From the human T2T-CHM13v2.0 reference genome, Homo sapiens, in assembly GCF_009914755.1 (NCBI RefSeq), contig NC_060926.1: a stretch of DNA of 64,000 nucleotides; one strand, given 5' to 3'. This document shows, in pieces, positions 11,474 through 25,379 of the stretch; within the stretch, counting starts at the first letter, position 1; each line of letters begins with the position of its first letter. The position numbers and the translations under genes are program-made. The notes beneath the pieces were generated by a model. It did no database searches and had not been told where the DNA came from. It saw only the letters and a program-made list of their open reading frames with translations.

Positions 11474-12221
11474 ATTCCTAACTTCAATAATGTAGGACAC
11501 TAGGCCCTGCACGTCTGCATTCTGATTCTACCCTCACAGTCCTCCCACCCTCCCCCGCCCCACCCTTCCTCTGTGGCTCTGTCCTGAGTCACACAGCACA
11601 GCCATCCTTCTATTTGCCAGCTGTAAAGAGCACATACAAGCTATTCACCTGTAACCACTTTCAGGTATTTGTTTGTCCTCTTGATTTTTCACATAACCCA
11701 TTTTCCATAGCTGCATCTTCCTGCCACTTATAGCCACAATTGTCTACCCAATTCCGTTTCTTGACCTTCTCTTTGGTTTTAGTGATCCTTAGTTTTCTCA
11801 GTGAAGGTTCACCACCCTCACTGGCCAGGTGGCAGTCAGCCCATGACCCCTTCCCAGAAGAGGTAGATGTGAAAATGTTTTAACTATATTGTCCCCAATA
11901 ATGATTTTTATCTGCCTGAGCTTTCCCATTTTATAATAACTATTCTTATGTGCCACCAAAAATGTTTGGTGAAATAAGATGAAAATTAAATAAACAGGAT
12001 TTTAAAATATATGTTAATTTTTTCATGAAGGAAAATTTTAAACATATATAAAAGTAAAATCCTCATGTACCTAAATCCAGATTCAACAATTAGGAACTCA
12101 CAGCCAATTTGTTTTACCTATACCCTGACCACTAAATGGCATTTCCCTACTCCATGTTATTTTTAAGTAAATCCCATTTATCATACAACTTAATTTGTAA
12201 ATATTTCAGTACATAACTCTT

Positions 12222-12303
12222 TAGAAAAACTCTCTAGAAACAATTTCATACACAGGCAGTTGTAGAAAAACTCTCTAAAAACAATTTCTTACACAGGCAG
12301 CTG
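12222..12303 (+). repeat. 41-bp tandem duplication (2 copies)
   Basis: tagaaaaactctctagaaacaatttcatacacaggcagttg / tagaaaaactctctaaaaacaatttcttacacaggcagctg. Confidence 0.92.
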
Positions 12304-12544
12304 AAAATTACTGGTTTGAAGGAAAATTATAAGTGAAGTTTTGGTTCAAGACTAACTAGTAATCCCAGAAGCATGAACAAGAACACTGATCTCTTCCAGA
12401 GAAAAAGAAAGTTTCAGGGTGAATTCCTTGCTCACAAAACTGGAGAATAATGGGATTATACTAAGCAGTGATTAATAACATTTGATTTTGTAACAAAGTA
12501 GAGAAAATGTATCTTACTCATCAGCATTGAAATTTTTCCTCAAG

Positions 12545-12960
12545 GCACAATGAGACACCATGACGCACCCACTAGAATGATTAACATTAAAGAAATTGAC
12601 AATGCCAAGTGCTGACAAGGATATGTAACAATTAGACATCTCTTAGATTTCTGATATGGATGTAAAATGGTACAAACTACTTTGCAAATCTATTTGGCAG
12701 TTTCTTATAAAGTTAAACATGGATCTACACTTCCAGATCAGCTTTTCCTCTCTAACCCAAACTTACAAACAACTTAAATGCCCATCAACTAGAAACTATC
12801 CATTCCTGGAATGTTACTCAGTAATTAAAGATCAGGAGCAAACCTCTGAGACATGTTGAGTAACCATGTGATTCTTACACCTAAATTTGCAAAATCATCA
12901 ACTATATGCTGAAGATATATGCAATCTACAGATGGTAAAATATCCCTCAATAAAAAATTA
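12545..12960 (+). mobile_element. Old L1M (L1ME-like) 3' fragment
   Basis: 'atgagacaccatgacgcacccactagaatg...gacaatgccaagtgctgacaaggat...tgtaaaatggtacaaactactttg...tttggcagtttcttataaagttaaacat'. Confidence 0.8.
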
Positions 12961-13385
12961 TCTTCAAGAGAAAACTGGCTTTTCTGGAGAGACGCCCTGA
13001 TGAAGTCTTAATGTAGAAAGTGAAGCCTTGCCCTTCGCTCTCAGTCCACTCCCTGCCCCATGTGAGACATTGGTGCCAGTGTGCCAAGGCTTAAGAAAGG
13101 AGAGCAAAATTGCTCCACTTAAAAAGTGAGCATCCTTGGGGGAGGCGGGGAGAGAGGGAAACAGAAGAGAAAAGAAGAGATGGAGCAAGAAGAGGGGGAG
13201 GTTTCATGGGCTGAAAATATCCCTTCCCAGTACCTCTTAGAATGTTTAGTAAAATTAGATAAACAGAAAAAATATTGCTGTGGTTCTGTTACTGTTGGTG
13301 TAGAAACCATAGATGAGGCTAGGTTTCACTTAGAGGAAAATATAATGAGGAAGAAAAACAGCTCAAGAGGAAAGCGGAATCCTAG

Positions 13386-13721
<336 letters not shown>

Positions 13722-15444
13722 TAGTTTGGGGTTTTGGACTTTTATGGGCAGTGCAATTGCTGGGTCTAAGCAATTTGAGGTGGAACTCGAATAGCATGGA
13801 GGTTTCCCAGAAGGGACGTGGGTTAATGTAGAATGCTTAATTGCACCTCATGTTTCTCATTCCTTTGAATCACACTTTTCTGTGGTCTTAAACTAAGATC
13901 TTCAAGGGTTTTGCTCAATTATTTTAATAAAGAGGTTTTTTTTTGTGGGAGCGAAGAATCATGATTGCTGAGGATTGTGCATACATTGTATTCTCTAAAT
14001 TAATTCTCTGTTATAGCATCAAATATCTTAACCAAAGCTGAACTTCTCATAAGCAGGAAGCTTACACTAATTAAAAACTAAGTGCCTAGAAAAACCGGAC
14101 ATTTTCTATTAGCAACATAAATCAAAATCAATAAAGTAATACTATATAAACTGTGAAACACCCCATCTTTAGACTCTATGACCCGAATAAGCTTGAATGA
14201 AGAGGTAGATATTCAATAGAGTAAGTACCTAAGCAATAGTGAGGGAAGGGGCCTCCATAATTCATGGGGCCAAACCAACGTGGCTTTAACATGTGTCTTA
14301 ACTTCATGTGAAGAGGATAGAATTTGAATTCCTTGTGATGTCTTTAAAATCACCTCCCTTTTATTTCTCCTGATCTCCTTTTATTTCTGGTTTCTTATAG
14401 TCTGATCTCATGAGACTGCCTGGCTTGGTTCTGAATCTCCCACTTGAAGGCATTTGCACTCGTTTAATTAATTGACCCAGTGAGTGCTGCTCAAAAAACA
14501 GAGCGACTCTCTCTTTCCTATTAGATAATTGCATGGTGCCACAATGACACTGCGGAGTTCATCATTTGCAAGATTATATATTAAGGGATGGAAACTCACA
14601 GTGAATGGTAACATATACTCTTATAACCCACTTATCTTTATATCACTCAATCACTGGAAAACACAAAGAACTGCAAAAAAGAAAAAAAAAAGTCTTTTCA
14701 TGACCGTTGTTGCCATTCTCTGACCCGTTGGTTAGTTCCTCCTATAAAGGAGTCATTTATGGCAGTGAGTCCAGGAACTGACTGGAGTTTTATGTCTGAG
14801 AGAGCCTCCTAAGCCTTTCATACTTGGATTTAGCATTACTAAAGGGCATATTAACATCAGTAAATCTTGGCCCCAGTGACTTCATGGCATCTCAATAAAA
14901 CAGTGTAAAGGACTTTTTCAGAATGCAAGTAAAAACTTATCAGAAGCCATTAAAAGGAAATTCCACAGCCACCACTTTTTTTTATTATGTCTTAAGCTTT
15001 TTTCTTGGCATGTTAACCATGAACTCATTGAATGCATTTCAAATATTAGACAATTCTGTTCACACCAAAGAGTCTATTTTTACATAAAACTTAAATTGAA
15101 ATCATCTTATGTTTAATAGAAACAGACGTGTATTTAAAACGAGAAGTGGTGGGAGCAGAAAACCTATAAAAATGGATTTTATTTTTATAGGACGTAGAAG
15201 TAGTAGAAAGTCATTTTTGAAGAAATTGCCTAATTGATGGGATTCTGGGTGATTTTATTCACTTCTTTACACTTATCTGAATTGTCCAATTTTCCTTCAA
15301 TGAATATTTTACTTTCATAATAAGAAACATGTCTAATAGTGGACAAATCATTAAAGTTTGTTTAATGAGCACAGAGTTGAAGCAATGGAGGTTTACTGTA
15401 TCAGTCAGATCTCTTGTCCTCTGGTTAGGGGGAAGCCTAATACA

Positions 15445-15448
<4 letters not shown>

Positions 15449-15477
<29 letters not shown>

Positions 15478-15596
15478 GAGACAGAGTCTCACTCTGTCGC
15501 CCAGGCTGGAGTGGAGTGGCGCGATCTCAGCTCACTGCAACCTCTGCCTCCCAGGTTCAAGGTTCAAGTGATTCTCCTTCTTCAGCATCCCGAGTA
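15449..15596 (-). mobile_element. 5'-truncated AluS (partial right arm) with TSD
   Basis: T29 plus right arm; TSD taatacaaaac at 15438-15448 and 15595-15605; small 'aggttca' duplication. Confidence 0.93.
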
Positions 15597-15619
15597 ATAC
15601 AAAACATTTCTAAAATACT

Positions 15620-15790
15620 CAGATACCGGTCAGCTATGCAATCTCTTTAAGCCTCAGTTGTCTCATATGTAAAATGAGGAAAGTGAGAGTACCCACCTGA
15701 TAGGTTTGTAAGGATTAAGTGATGCTGTATGAAAAGTATTTAGTACATGGCCTGGCACGTAATCAACATCCACTATAGCTCAGTTACTAT
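15620..15790 (+). mobile_element. MIR
   Basis: 'ctttaagcctcagttgtctcatatgtaaaatgagg...gtaaggattaagtgatg...cctggcacgtaa'. Confidence 0.8.
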
Positions 15791-15952
15791 TAGTCATTCC
15801 ACCAAATAGGCTAAGCTAAAGTCTGTTTACTCTTCCCGCTTTTGGCTGAGAAAACTTTCTATCTTAGAGTCAGTTGAGAAATAGCTAATCTCCTTGCTAC
15901 TTAGGTCACAATATCCTTTGCTTAGAGTTGTATAAATCTGCTCTATATAAAT

Positions 15953-15985
15953 ACACACACACACACACATACACATATGCACACA
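15953..15985 (+). repeat. (CA)n microsatellite, imperfect
   Basis: acacacacacacacacatacacatatgcacaca. Confidence 0.8.
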
Positions 15986-16039
15986 TACCAGATACTTCTG
16001 AGTAGAAGCTCAGTGATTTCACGGTGGAAGTCCGAGCCT

Positions 16040-16618
16040 GGAAGGGGACTGTTGGAGAGATGAAACACAAGTGACTAACCAACAACCACCAAAGGAGGCT
16101 GGCTAAGCCATGTATGAACGGCAGCTGCCTCTGCACTGGGGATGGTCCTGAGGCCACTGCAAGTCAGCAGGGCAGGCAATAAGGAGGAAAAGCCGATTTG
16201 AGGTGGATGAGAATTAGGACAAACTAGGACCCTCATCTTTAACCTCAGTGATGTGCATGACCTACAGAAGAGGCTGGAGCCCTTCGCCGGGGAGCTGCAC
16301 ACACATCTGGCCCCATACTCGAAGAAGCTGCATAACTAGGAAGACAGGGCAGCTGCAAGCTCAGCTGCTGGCCTCAGCCAGCAAGCAGGACCACAAAGCA
16401 GCCACGTAGGCAAGCTCTCCAACAGCACCTGACACCTACATCCACCTTCAGAGAGTGACAGCTGCCGCCTTATTTCCATCTTCCGAATTTTAGGCACATT
16501 TCTCTAATGGCCTGCCCTAACCCAGAACCATCCCGGAAAGGGAGATCTTGGATACGTGCCTCTCTTCTTGGATATGTGGTTCTAGATTTTAGCTAAGCTG
16601 ACACTGTACAAAACCACT
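16040..16618 (-). mobile_element. ERVL LTR (LTR33/LTR41-like)
   Basis: End 'ccctaacccagaaccatcccggaaagggagatcttgg...agctaagctgacactgtacaaaaccac' resembles the reverse of the LTR33/41 start; left boundary uncertain. Confidence 0.55.
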
Positions 16619-16886
16619 TGAGGTGGCCTTCTATTTAGGTCCAGGTCCTTGTGGGTACTGTGCTAATTCTGATCCAAGCTCAGCTGATTTCCAAACCTTT
16701 TGGCTCTGAATTTAATGGGAAGATAGAAGAGCGGCTTTTCTTCTTTTCAGGAGAATAACTTCAGACATACTGCAATCTACTTGAAATTTATCATGTCTAT
16801 CTGAAGTCTCTTAAAGTCTCAGCAGAGAAGTTAAATGTATAGAGGGCCTACTGAAGGGCAGCCAATTTTACTCATTCTCCTATATC

Positions 16887-17210
16887 AGTGCTTCTCAAAC
16901 AGAATCACTTGGAAATGATTGCTGTCCTCCCCTGCCCCCTCAGCAGAGTTTCCGAGCTCTAGATCTGGAGCAAGGACCAATAATTTGCATTCCTAACAAG
17001 TCTTATGTGATGCAGATGCTGCTAGAAGAGCTACTGCTCTGAATAATAGTTAAGAACCATGTCAGAATCACCTGGGGAACTTTCTAAAATTCAGGGAATG
17101 GTGCCCATGGCACATCATGGACTCAGTATCTTCATTTGGGGTGGAAGATGAATATTTTCTTTTTGAAAAAGTGTTACAAGTGATCGTGATTTGCACATCA
17201 ATCTAAAACC
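16887..17210. mobile_element. Two MER5-type MITE fragments
   Basis: 'cagtgcttctcaaacagaatcacttgga...aatttgcattcctaacaag...gtgatgcagatgctgct' and 'tcagaatcacctggggaactttctaaaa'. Confidence 0.7.
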
Positions 17211-17552
17211 TACAGTTTTATAAATTTCACGTACCTTATTTCCAGCATGTTAATAGATGTTATTGAAAAAAAGTGGTAGGGGCTGGAGTTGGGGGGCTTC
17301 TGTGATCAAATATGGTGTGAAAAACAGAATTCAATAATGTTAAGCTGGTTTCTATGCAGGACATATCTGTAAGTGATAGCAGATGCTGGTGTCAGGTATT
17401 GTACATGATGAATTAACCTAAACAGCAACCCTATAAAGAAAATACTATTCTTCTTCTTCTTCTCGTTTTGCAGATGAGGACACTGAGGTATGGAGAGGTT
17501 AGTAACATGTCCCAGATGTAAGTGCAACTAAGGCCTAACAACAAGAGCCAAG

Positions 17553-17918
17553 TGATATGGTTTGGCTGTGTCTCCACCTGAATTTCATCTTGAATTGCAG
17601 CTCCCATAATGCCCACGTGTTGGGGGAAGGACCCGGTGGGAGGTAATTGAATCATAGGGCAGTTACCGCCATGCTGTTCTTGTGATAGTGAGTTCTCACG
17701 AGATCTGATGGTTTTATAAGGGGTTTCCCCTGCTTTTGCTAATTCTTCTCCTTCCTGCTGCCGTTTGAAGAAGCACATGTTTGCTTCCCTTTCTGCCCTG
17801 ATTGTATGTTTTCTGAGGTCTGGCCATGCTGAACTGTAAGTCAATTAAACCTCTTTCCTTTATAAATTACCCAGTCTTGGGTATGTCTTTATTAGCAGCA
17901 TGAGTACTAACTAATACA
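17553..17918 (+). mobile_element. THE1C-like solo LTR inserted in a MIR
   Basis: Full LTR TG...CA with perfect 5-bp TSD ccaag (17548-17552 / 17919-17923); MIR halves at ~17450-17550 and ~17925-17975. Confidence 0.96.
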
Positions 17919-18514
17919 CCAAGATAAAGCCCAGACACTTGGGCTCCAGAGTCTGAGCTCTTGACCACAATGCTGTAGTGATTTACCCAAGTTCTTAGCA
18001 ACATAATGGGTACACAGGACATCTCCAAGAATAATATGCAGCCTTTCCCAAACTTATTTGCTTATAGACAGCCATTAGGTTATAGTATGAACTGCAATGA
18101 AAACGTAACCCCATGGAAATAATCATTGTGCTTTTTGTAAGAACATGTGATGTTTTACATCTCACAGTGTCTTGATTGTATGGCTCCCATTTGGTATCAG
18201 AAATAAATGTGACTTTTTAATACTGAGCAACTAACTTTTTTTTTTTAATCTCAGGGACACCATGAATCATGTAATTAATCCTGTTTTACTCCTGGAGTTT
18301 GCTACTGGCAAACAAGCATGTTATTATTGGCATCATTTAGTACTAAAAAACCTTGTCATATTAAAGACCAAAATTTTCTAGTAAATGATCACAGTGACTG
18401 GGTAGGAGGTGAGGGTGGGGATAGAGAAGGTTGATAGAAATTTTATCGCAAAAGCAAAGTTTAAAAGAAGTTTATTTTCTTTTATAACATACGTAGAAGC
18501 TATGCACTGACTTA

Positions 18515-18900
18515 TCAAACAAAACTCAAATTATGTTGATTATTTGAGTTTTTTTCCCCGATAAAATTATATGATAGCTTAGTAAGACATCTTTCACATT
18601 TGACTTTCATAGTAAGATATAGAAGGTCATTTCTGCAGAAATACTCAAGAGCTTCATTGATTTTCCCAAGGGCCTTTCTGATCCTTTGATATTCAAATCC
18701 TTTGCTTTTGAAGCACACACCAGTGATGTTCTCCTCATCCATTTTCCCTTATTTAGTTGTTAACCACCCTAACTCTGCCAGATCCTCATTTGCCACTGGC
18801 TTGTAATTCAAGCAGTTATCCAATCTGACTTTCATCTCCTTCATGAAGCCTTGCATCTTTTTCAGGGTTAGCAATTTCACCATGCAATGTACTATGTTTG
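18515..18900 (-). mobile_element. Tigger/pogo-type DNA transposon fossil (transposase C-terminal remnant)
   Basis: Minus-strand translation GF-HEGDESQIG*LLELQ / PVANEDLAEL...DEENI...IRKALGKINEALEYFCRND...MKVK resembles the Tigger/TIGD C-terminus; contains stops and frameshifts. Confidence 0.65.
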
Positions 18901-19202
18901 CATTGTACAATTGCAATGACCAGGAAGAGATTGATAGAGGACTCAACTGGTGAAGACAGATGTTAGAGTTAAGCAAGGAGACCATTTTCAAAGTTGACAT
19001 TCATTAGCAAAAATTTCGTGATGACTTTGCTTTCTTACAACCCTTGCAACTTCTCAGGCTCTGTTAATAAATTCAGATTATAACAACACTCTCTATGTAA
19101 AATTTCATGCTATGCATGTTTGTGAATGGACTTCATCCATGTCTTTATGACCCTACTCATATTCCCTTTGTTTTGTCTTTTCAATTCATTCTAATTTGTC
19201 AT

Positions 19203-19250
19203 TTTTCTTTTCTTTCTTTCTTTCTTTTCTTTCTTTCTTTCTTTCCTTTT
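19203..19250 (+). repeat. (TTTC)n low-complexity tract
   Basis: ttttctttctttctttctttcttttcttctttctttctttcc. Confidence 0.85.
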
Positions 19251-20689
19251 TGCATTTCTGTAAGCAAAAGCTTGGCACTGTTTGGAATGCATAAAAGTAG
19301 AATAAAAGGACTAAATACATAAATATTAATTATATTCTATAATCTTTCTTGACACTGCTGTTTAGTGCCACAGTGTCCGAGGACTTTGACTGACAGCCTT
19401 CACATTGCACTGCTTTTGAACCATGACGTATGAATCAGGCACTATTCAAGTTTTATGTCTCCAGTTAAGCCTCATGACACTTGGTTTAAAAGCATTTCTG
19501 AACTCCTATTTTTCAACTTCTGTTTTCCAAATATTTACATGGATCTTTATATTATTTAAATGCAAGATAGGTCCAGCTGTCAGCAATTGGGACATCCATA
19601 TCGAGAGGAAATGAAGTATAAAATGATTTTCTCTAGCTCTTTGTCCAAAAGGCAAGTGAGAAACATTTTCACAAATATATGTAATCCTCACAGCTAATTA
19701 TGATTTTTCTCATTTCAATTTTAATTATTTTTTTTAAATCCACACTTTCTTTTATCCCTCATGGCAGTTTCATTGTCATTAAAAGTACTGCTCTATTGTG
19801 TACATCCTCTATTCATATTCATGAGGTCAAGACCATTCAACCATGGTAATTGAGTGGTCTGATTGGCTGAATGTCCCACAGTGGTTTAAAGTGATACTGA
19901 TGAACAAAAGGCACCAAAGCCTCTGCCATGATAGGAAGGATAATTATGTAGGATCTTAAATGGGGGCTCTAATCATTTGACAATGCCCATTGGACTTGCA
20001 TAATATTAATACATTATCTATCATCTCACTATGATTAAGTAGTATTTAATTATTCTTTTTTATGGGGATTATCCCCACTAAGTATGTCTCATATCTACCA
20101 GCTTAGCACACCTGCTTTTCTGGATTTTCTAGGAAGGAATTTATTTTTGTGTAGTATGAAAGTCAGACATGAACATATGTAAAATTATTATCACCAAATT
20201 GGTAAGACATTTTCAAGAATATCCTGGAATATCATGATAGTGCTAAATTGGATATAGATTGTTTTGCTCCAGGATGGGTAAAGTAGGGCTACATTTTGTC
20301 TTGTGATTCCTTTCTTTGAGTTCCAAGGAAGTTTCTTGCTTGCACTTCTTCCACTGCTCTGGAGCCATGTAACCTCTGGCATGACATTTACACTCTCTGG
20401 GTTTCTGATTCCTAATCTATAAAATGAGGGATGTTAAGGAAAATGGCTTGGAAGCCATCATTCAGCTTGAGAATTCTGTAATCTCACATAAATGTCTATT
20501 TTGCTTCATTAGTGGGATTTTTGTCCTGCATGACAGTTTATACAGTGGTCTTTAAAGTCAAGTCTAAACACCATAGAAGGTGTACAAAGCCATTTCCTAT
20601 AGTGTAGAAAGAACTCACTGGAACTTTGTTTATATTTATTTTAAAGTATCTTTAAAGACTTCCTATTATATATTTGTGTTTCATATTCA

Positions 20690-20925
20690 CAATGATTTAT
20701 GAGTATTTAATATGTGCTAGGCACTATTCTAAGTGCTTTAAAGTTAGTAATATTATTTAATCTTTACTGCAACTCTATGAAGTAGATACGCTTACCATAC
20801 TCGTTTTTACTGCTGAGAAAACTTGAGATGTCAAAGTTATGGAAATTGCCCAAAATAACACAAAGTTAAAATGTTTTAATGGTGACAACCCAGGTATGAG
20901 TTCCACCTCTTAACTACTCACTATG
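20690..20925 (-). mobile_element. MIR
   Basis: 'atttatgagtatttaatatgtgctaggcactattctaagtgcttta...caactctatgaagtagat...ttttactgctgagaaaact'. Confidence 0.8.
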
Positions 20926-20993
20926 CAATGCTTGTACAGTTATAGAATCTAAAATAAATAAGCACAAAGTAAATAGATAATGACAATATAGGA

Positions 20994-21565
20994 TGTGTAT
21001 TAGACATACTCGAAAGTGACCCCCCCATTCCCATGATCCCTGCCTCCTGATATTCATAGTTTTGTGCCATCATCTCTGCTTGAGTATGAACAGGACTTGT
21101 GAATTCTTTTTAATGAATAGAATATGGTCAAGGTGATAGATTATCACTCTCATGATTACCTTTGCTAACAGATTTTCTCTGACACAGTCTTACCTCTGAT
21201 GGCTTTGAAGAAGCAATCTGTGAACTGCCTATGGAGAAGTCCACATGGCAAAGAGCTGTGGGCAGCACCTGGGAGCTGAGAGTGACTGCCAGCCAACAGC
21301 CAGTGAGAAACTGACACTGTCAGTCATTCCTACAACCACAGAAACCTAAATCCTGCCAATAGTTATGTGAGTGAGGAAGTGCATTCTTTCCCAGTCCAGC
21401 CTCTAACGAGACACCAGTCCCAGTCTACACCTCAATTACTGCCTTGCAGTGAACCCACCTAAACTGCACCCCAACTTCTGACCCACAGACACTGTGAGAT
21501 AGGAAATAAGTGCTCTTTTCAGCCTTAAAGTTTGTGGTAATTTGTTACACAGCAATAAAAATACA
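20994..21565 (+). mobile_element. MLT1E/F-like MaLR solo LTR
   Basis: 'catgatccctgcctcctgatattca...ccacatggcaaagagctgtgggcagc...gacccacagacactgtgagata...aagtttgtggtaatttgttacacagcaata'. Confidence 0.88.
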
Positions 21566-22027
21566 GGAGACAGCTACCTATTGTTTTAGCCCCAAAAGGT
21601 GAGCCATTTAAAAATATACCCCTTTAGTTTCTCTCTGTAACCAATCAAATGGAAATGAAGATTTCAGTTTTGATCTATTATGTTTTCGCCAATGACAGTG
21701 AAACTTTTTCATTAAAAAAAACTTTTACATAGGCATCAATTTATGCAATTAGGAAAATAACATAACATTTAAATCTGGGATTTTTCTTTTCCCCATACTT
21801 CACACATTTTTAAAGCATGTTATCCTATAAGAAAAAGTGGCGTAAGTGTCCTATTAGTTATTATATAATTTTTAACATTTACAAAGCTTTGTTACCTGAA
21901 TTTCAGAAAGAACAGTCACAGATCATGAGAATCTCTTTTCTTCTCCTTCTCCCTTCCCTGCCACTGAAATCAAACATACAAACCAACAAACAAACAGTTG
22001 CCTTGGTAAATTTTCTCTAAAACACAG

Positions 22028-22373
22028 TGTATTAGTCCATTTTCATGCTGCTGATGAAAACATACCCAAGACTGGGTAATTTATAAAGAAAAAAAGTTTA
22101 ATGGACTCACGTGTTTGGGGAGGCCTCACAATCATGGCAGAAGGTGAAAGGCACGTCTTACATGGTGACAGACAAGAGAGAATGAGAGCCAAGTGAAACT
22201 GGTTTATAAAACCACTGGATCTCGTAAGACTTATTCACTATCATGAGAACAGGATGGGGGAACCTCTCCCATGATTCAAGTATCCCCCACTGGGTCCCTC
22301 ACACAAGACATGGGAATTATGGGAGCTATAATTGAGAATGAGATTTGGGTGGGGACACAGCCATATTGTATCA
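22028..22373 (-). mobile_element. THE1B-like solo LTR
   Basis: 'tgtattagtccattttcatgctgctgat...gagatttgggtggggacacagccatattgtatca'; TSD cacag/cagag. Confidence 0.95.
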
Positions 22374-23149
22374 CAGAGGTTCAATCGACTTTCAATCATA
22401 TTTTATTTGCTTCCTCTGTGTTCATAATGCTGATAATACTTTTAATTATCACCACCATTGTACAAGATAACTGTCCCCAGACCAACATTTTTTATGTGAA
22501 TATTAATTGATTGAATTACTGATTCCAGAGAAGGGAAATTACTTATCATCAAACTTAATGCATGAAGAGGCAGGGGATTCTAGGAAGATGGACGTTTCTG
22601 CATTCTTGCTACTCTCAACTCCATTCCAACTCATCTGTCTCTCCTCAGCCAGTGACTCCTGAGGGCAGTGTCAGGTAAGCTTGGAGAACATTAGTGAAGG
22701 AGCTATAGTTGTCCTTTGTGCTCTGGTCCTGAGGACCAGCCGGAGAGCACTTCAGAAGCAGATGACTGTAGAGATTTCCAGTCCTCAGCGAAGCTTACCT
22801 TCTGTACATGGGAATGTGGTGGGCCATCCTAGCCCACAAGGGCTTAGAAGTGAACAGGTGGGGAAGAGTCCTCTTCACCCATGAGGCTTAGAGATACAAG
22901 AAACAGAGATCACATCAGGGATTCTGAACACCTGTCTGCTGCTGCACCAATAGCCTGCAGGGACCACTGCCACTTAAAGTCCCCTTGCAACTGGAGTGCT
23001 GACACCTTAGGGACACAATGGAGAGGAAAGAAAAAAAAGCTATATATCTAGGCAGGGATCAAGGGACAGAAAAGGGTAAATAGAAGTCTCCTAAGAAAAG
23101 TAGTTGTTTAAGGAGACAGGTGTCAACTTGCACAATTAGATTGGATTTA

Positions 23150-23830
<681 letters not shown>

Positions 23831-23926
23831 AAGACTGACCAAAATTGCCACACCCAAGTACATGAGAGTCAGGCAATAAATGAGTATTGAGTGCCAACAA
23901 TATCCACATATAAAATAAGTAACTAG

Positions 23927-24240
23927 GGCTGGGCATGGTGGCTCATGCCTGTAATTCCAGCACTTTGGGAGGCCAAGGCAGGCGGATCAAGGTCAGGAGT
24001 TCGAGACCAGCCTGGCCAACATGGCGAAACCCCGTCTCTACTAAAAGTGCAAAAATTAGCCGGGTGTGTGGTGGGTGCCTGTAATCCCAGCTACTCAGGA
24101 GGCTGAAGCAGAAGAATTGCTTGAACCTGGGAGGCGGAGGTTGCAGTGAGCCAAGATCACGCCACTACACTCCAGCCTGGGTGACAAGATCGAGACTCTG
24201 TCTCAAAAAACTAAAAAAAATAAATAAATAAATAATAAAT
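23927..24240 (+). mobile_element. AluS (Sg-like)
   Basis: Full dimer; TSD ataaaataagtaactag/ataaaataagcaactag. Confidence 0.96.
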
Positions 24241-24350
24241 AAAATAAGCAACTAGTACAATATCTTCAGAGAGACATGTTAAAGATTTCCTACCCTATGG
24301 CTGGGCTGGTCATTAGGGAAAAGGTTCAGGCATTGATTTATTTAAAAATG

Positions 24351-24688
<338 letters not shown>

Positions 24689-25074
24689 TAACCCAATTTA
24701 TCATTTATATAGAAAAAAATGAATCGAAACCCTATCAAACACTGTAAAACAAGAAATTCCAGATATTTGTAAGACAGGAAAAATATATTGGGTTACACAC
24801 CGTGCTTTTATAATTTGTAACTCCAAGGAGGCAGAAGTAAAGGAGGTGAGGTAAAGGAGATTGCCTCTGTATGTCTTTGTATAGCATGAAATAACTCATG
24901 AAAATAACTCATGGTGGATATAAGTCTATTGCAAATTTTAGTTTGAAATACATTTAATAAAAAATTAAAACTAAAAAATAGAACAAGGTTTATTTTACTT
25001 TCTGCGTGTAAATAATTGCTGAAAAGATATATACATGTTTCTATTCTTATTCTGTGTGAACAGTCTTTTATAAA

Positions 25075-25195
25075 AACATTTATATTAGGCTTAGAGGTAC
25101 ATGAGCAGGTTTGTTATATAGGTAAATTGCAAGTCAGGAGGTTTGGTGTAACAGATTATTTCATCACCTAGGTAATATGCGTAGTATCTGATAAT
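25075..25195 (-). mobile_element. L1PA15/16- or L1PB-like 3' end fragment
   Basis: 'gaggtacatgagcaggtttgttatataggtaaattgc...gtttggtgtaacagattatttcatcacctaggtaat'. Confidence 0.75.
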
Positions 25196-25379
25196 ATTTA
25201 CTTCATTCAAATTTTCAAATTACGAAAACAGTGGTTGGTCATTGTAACAAGTGAATCTACGTAAAGGTGTTCTCTCCCTTTTTTCTTTTTAGTCTGCTTG
25301 CTGTCCAACTTTTCCATTCCATTATCATTGCAAACTCTTTGGTGGATAATTTTCCAACTTTCTCTATATCTGTGCAAAC

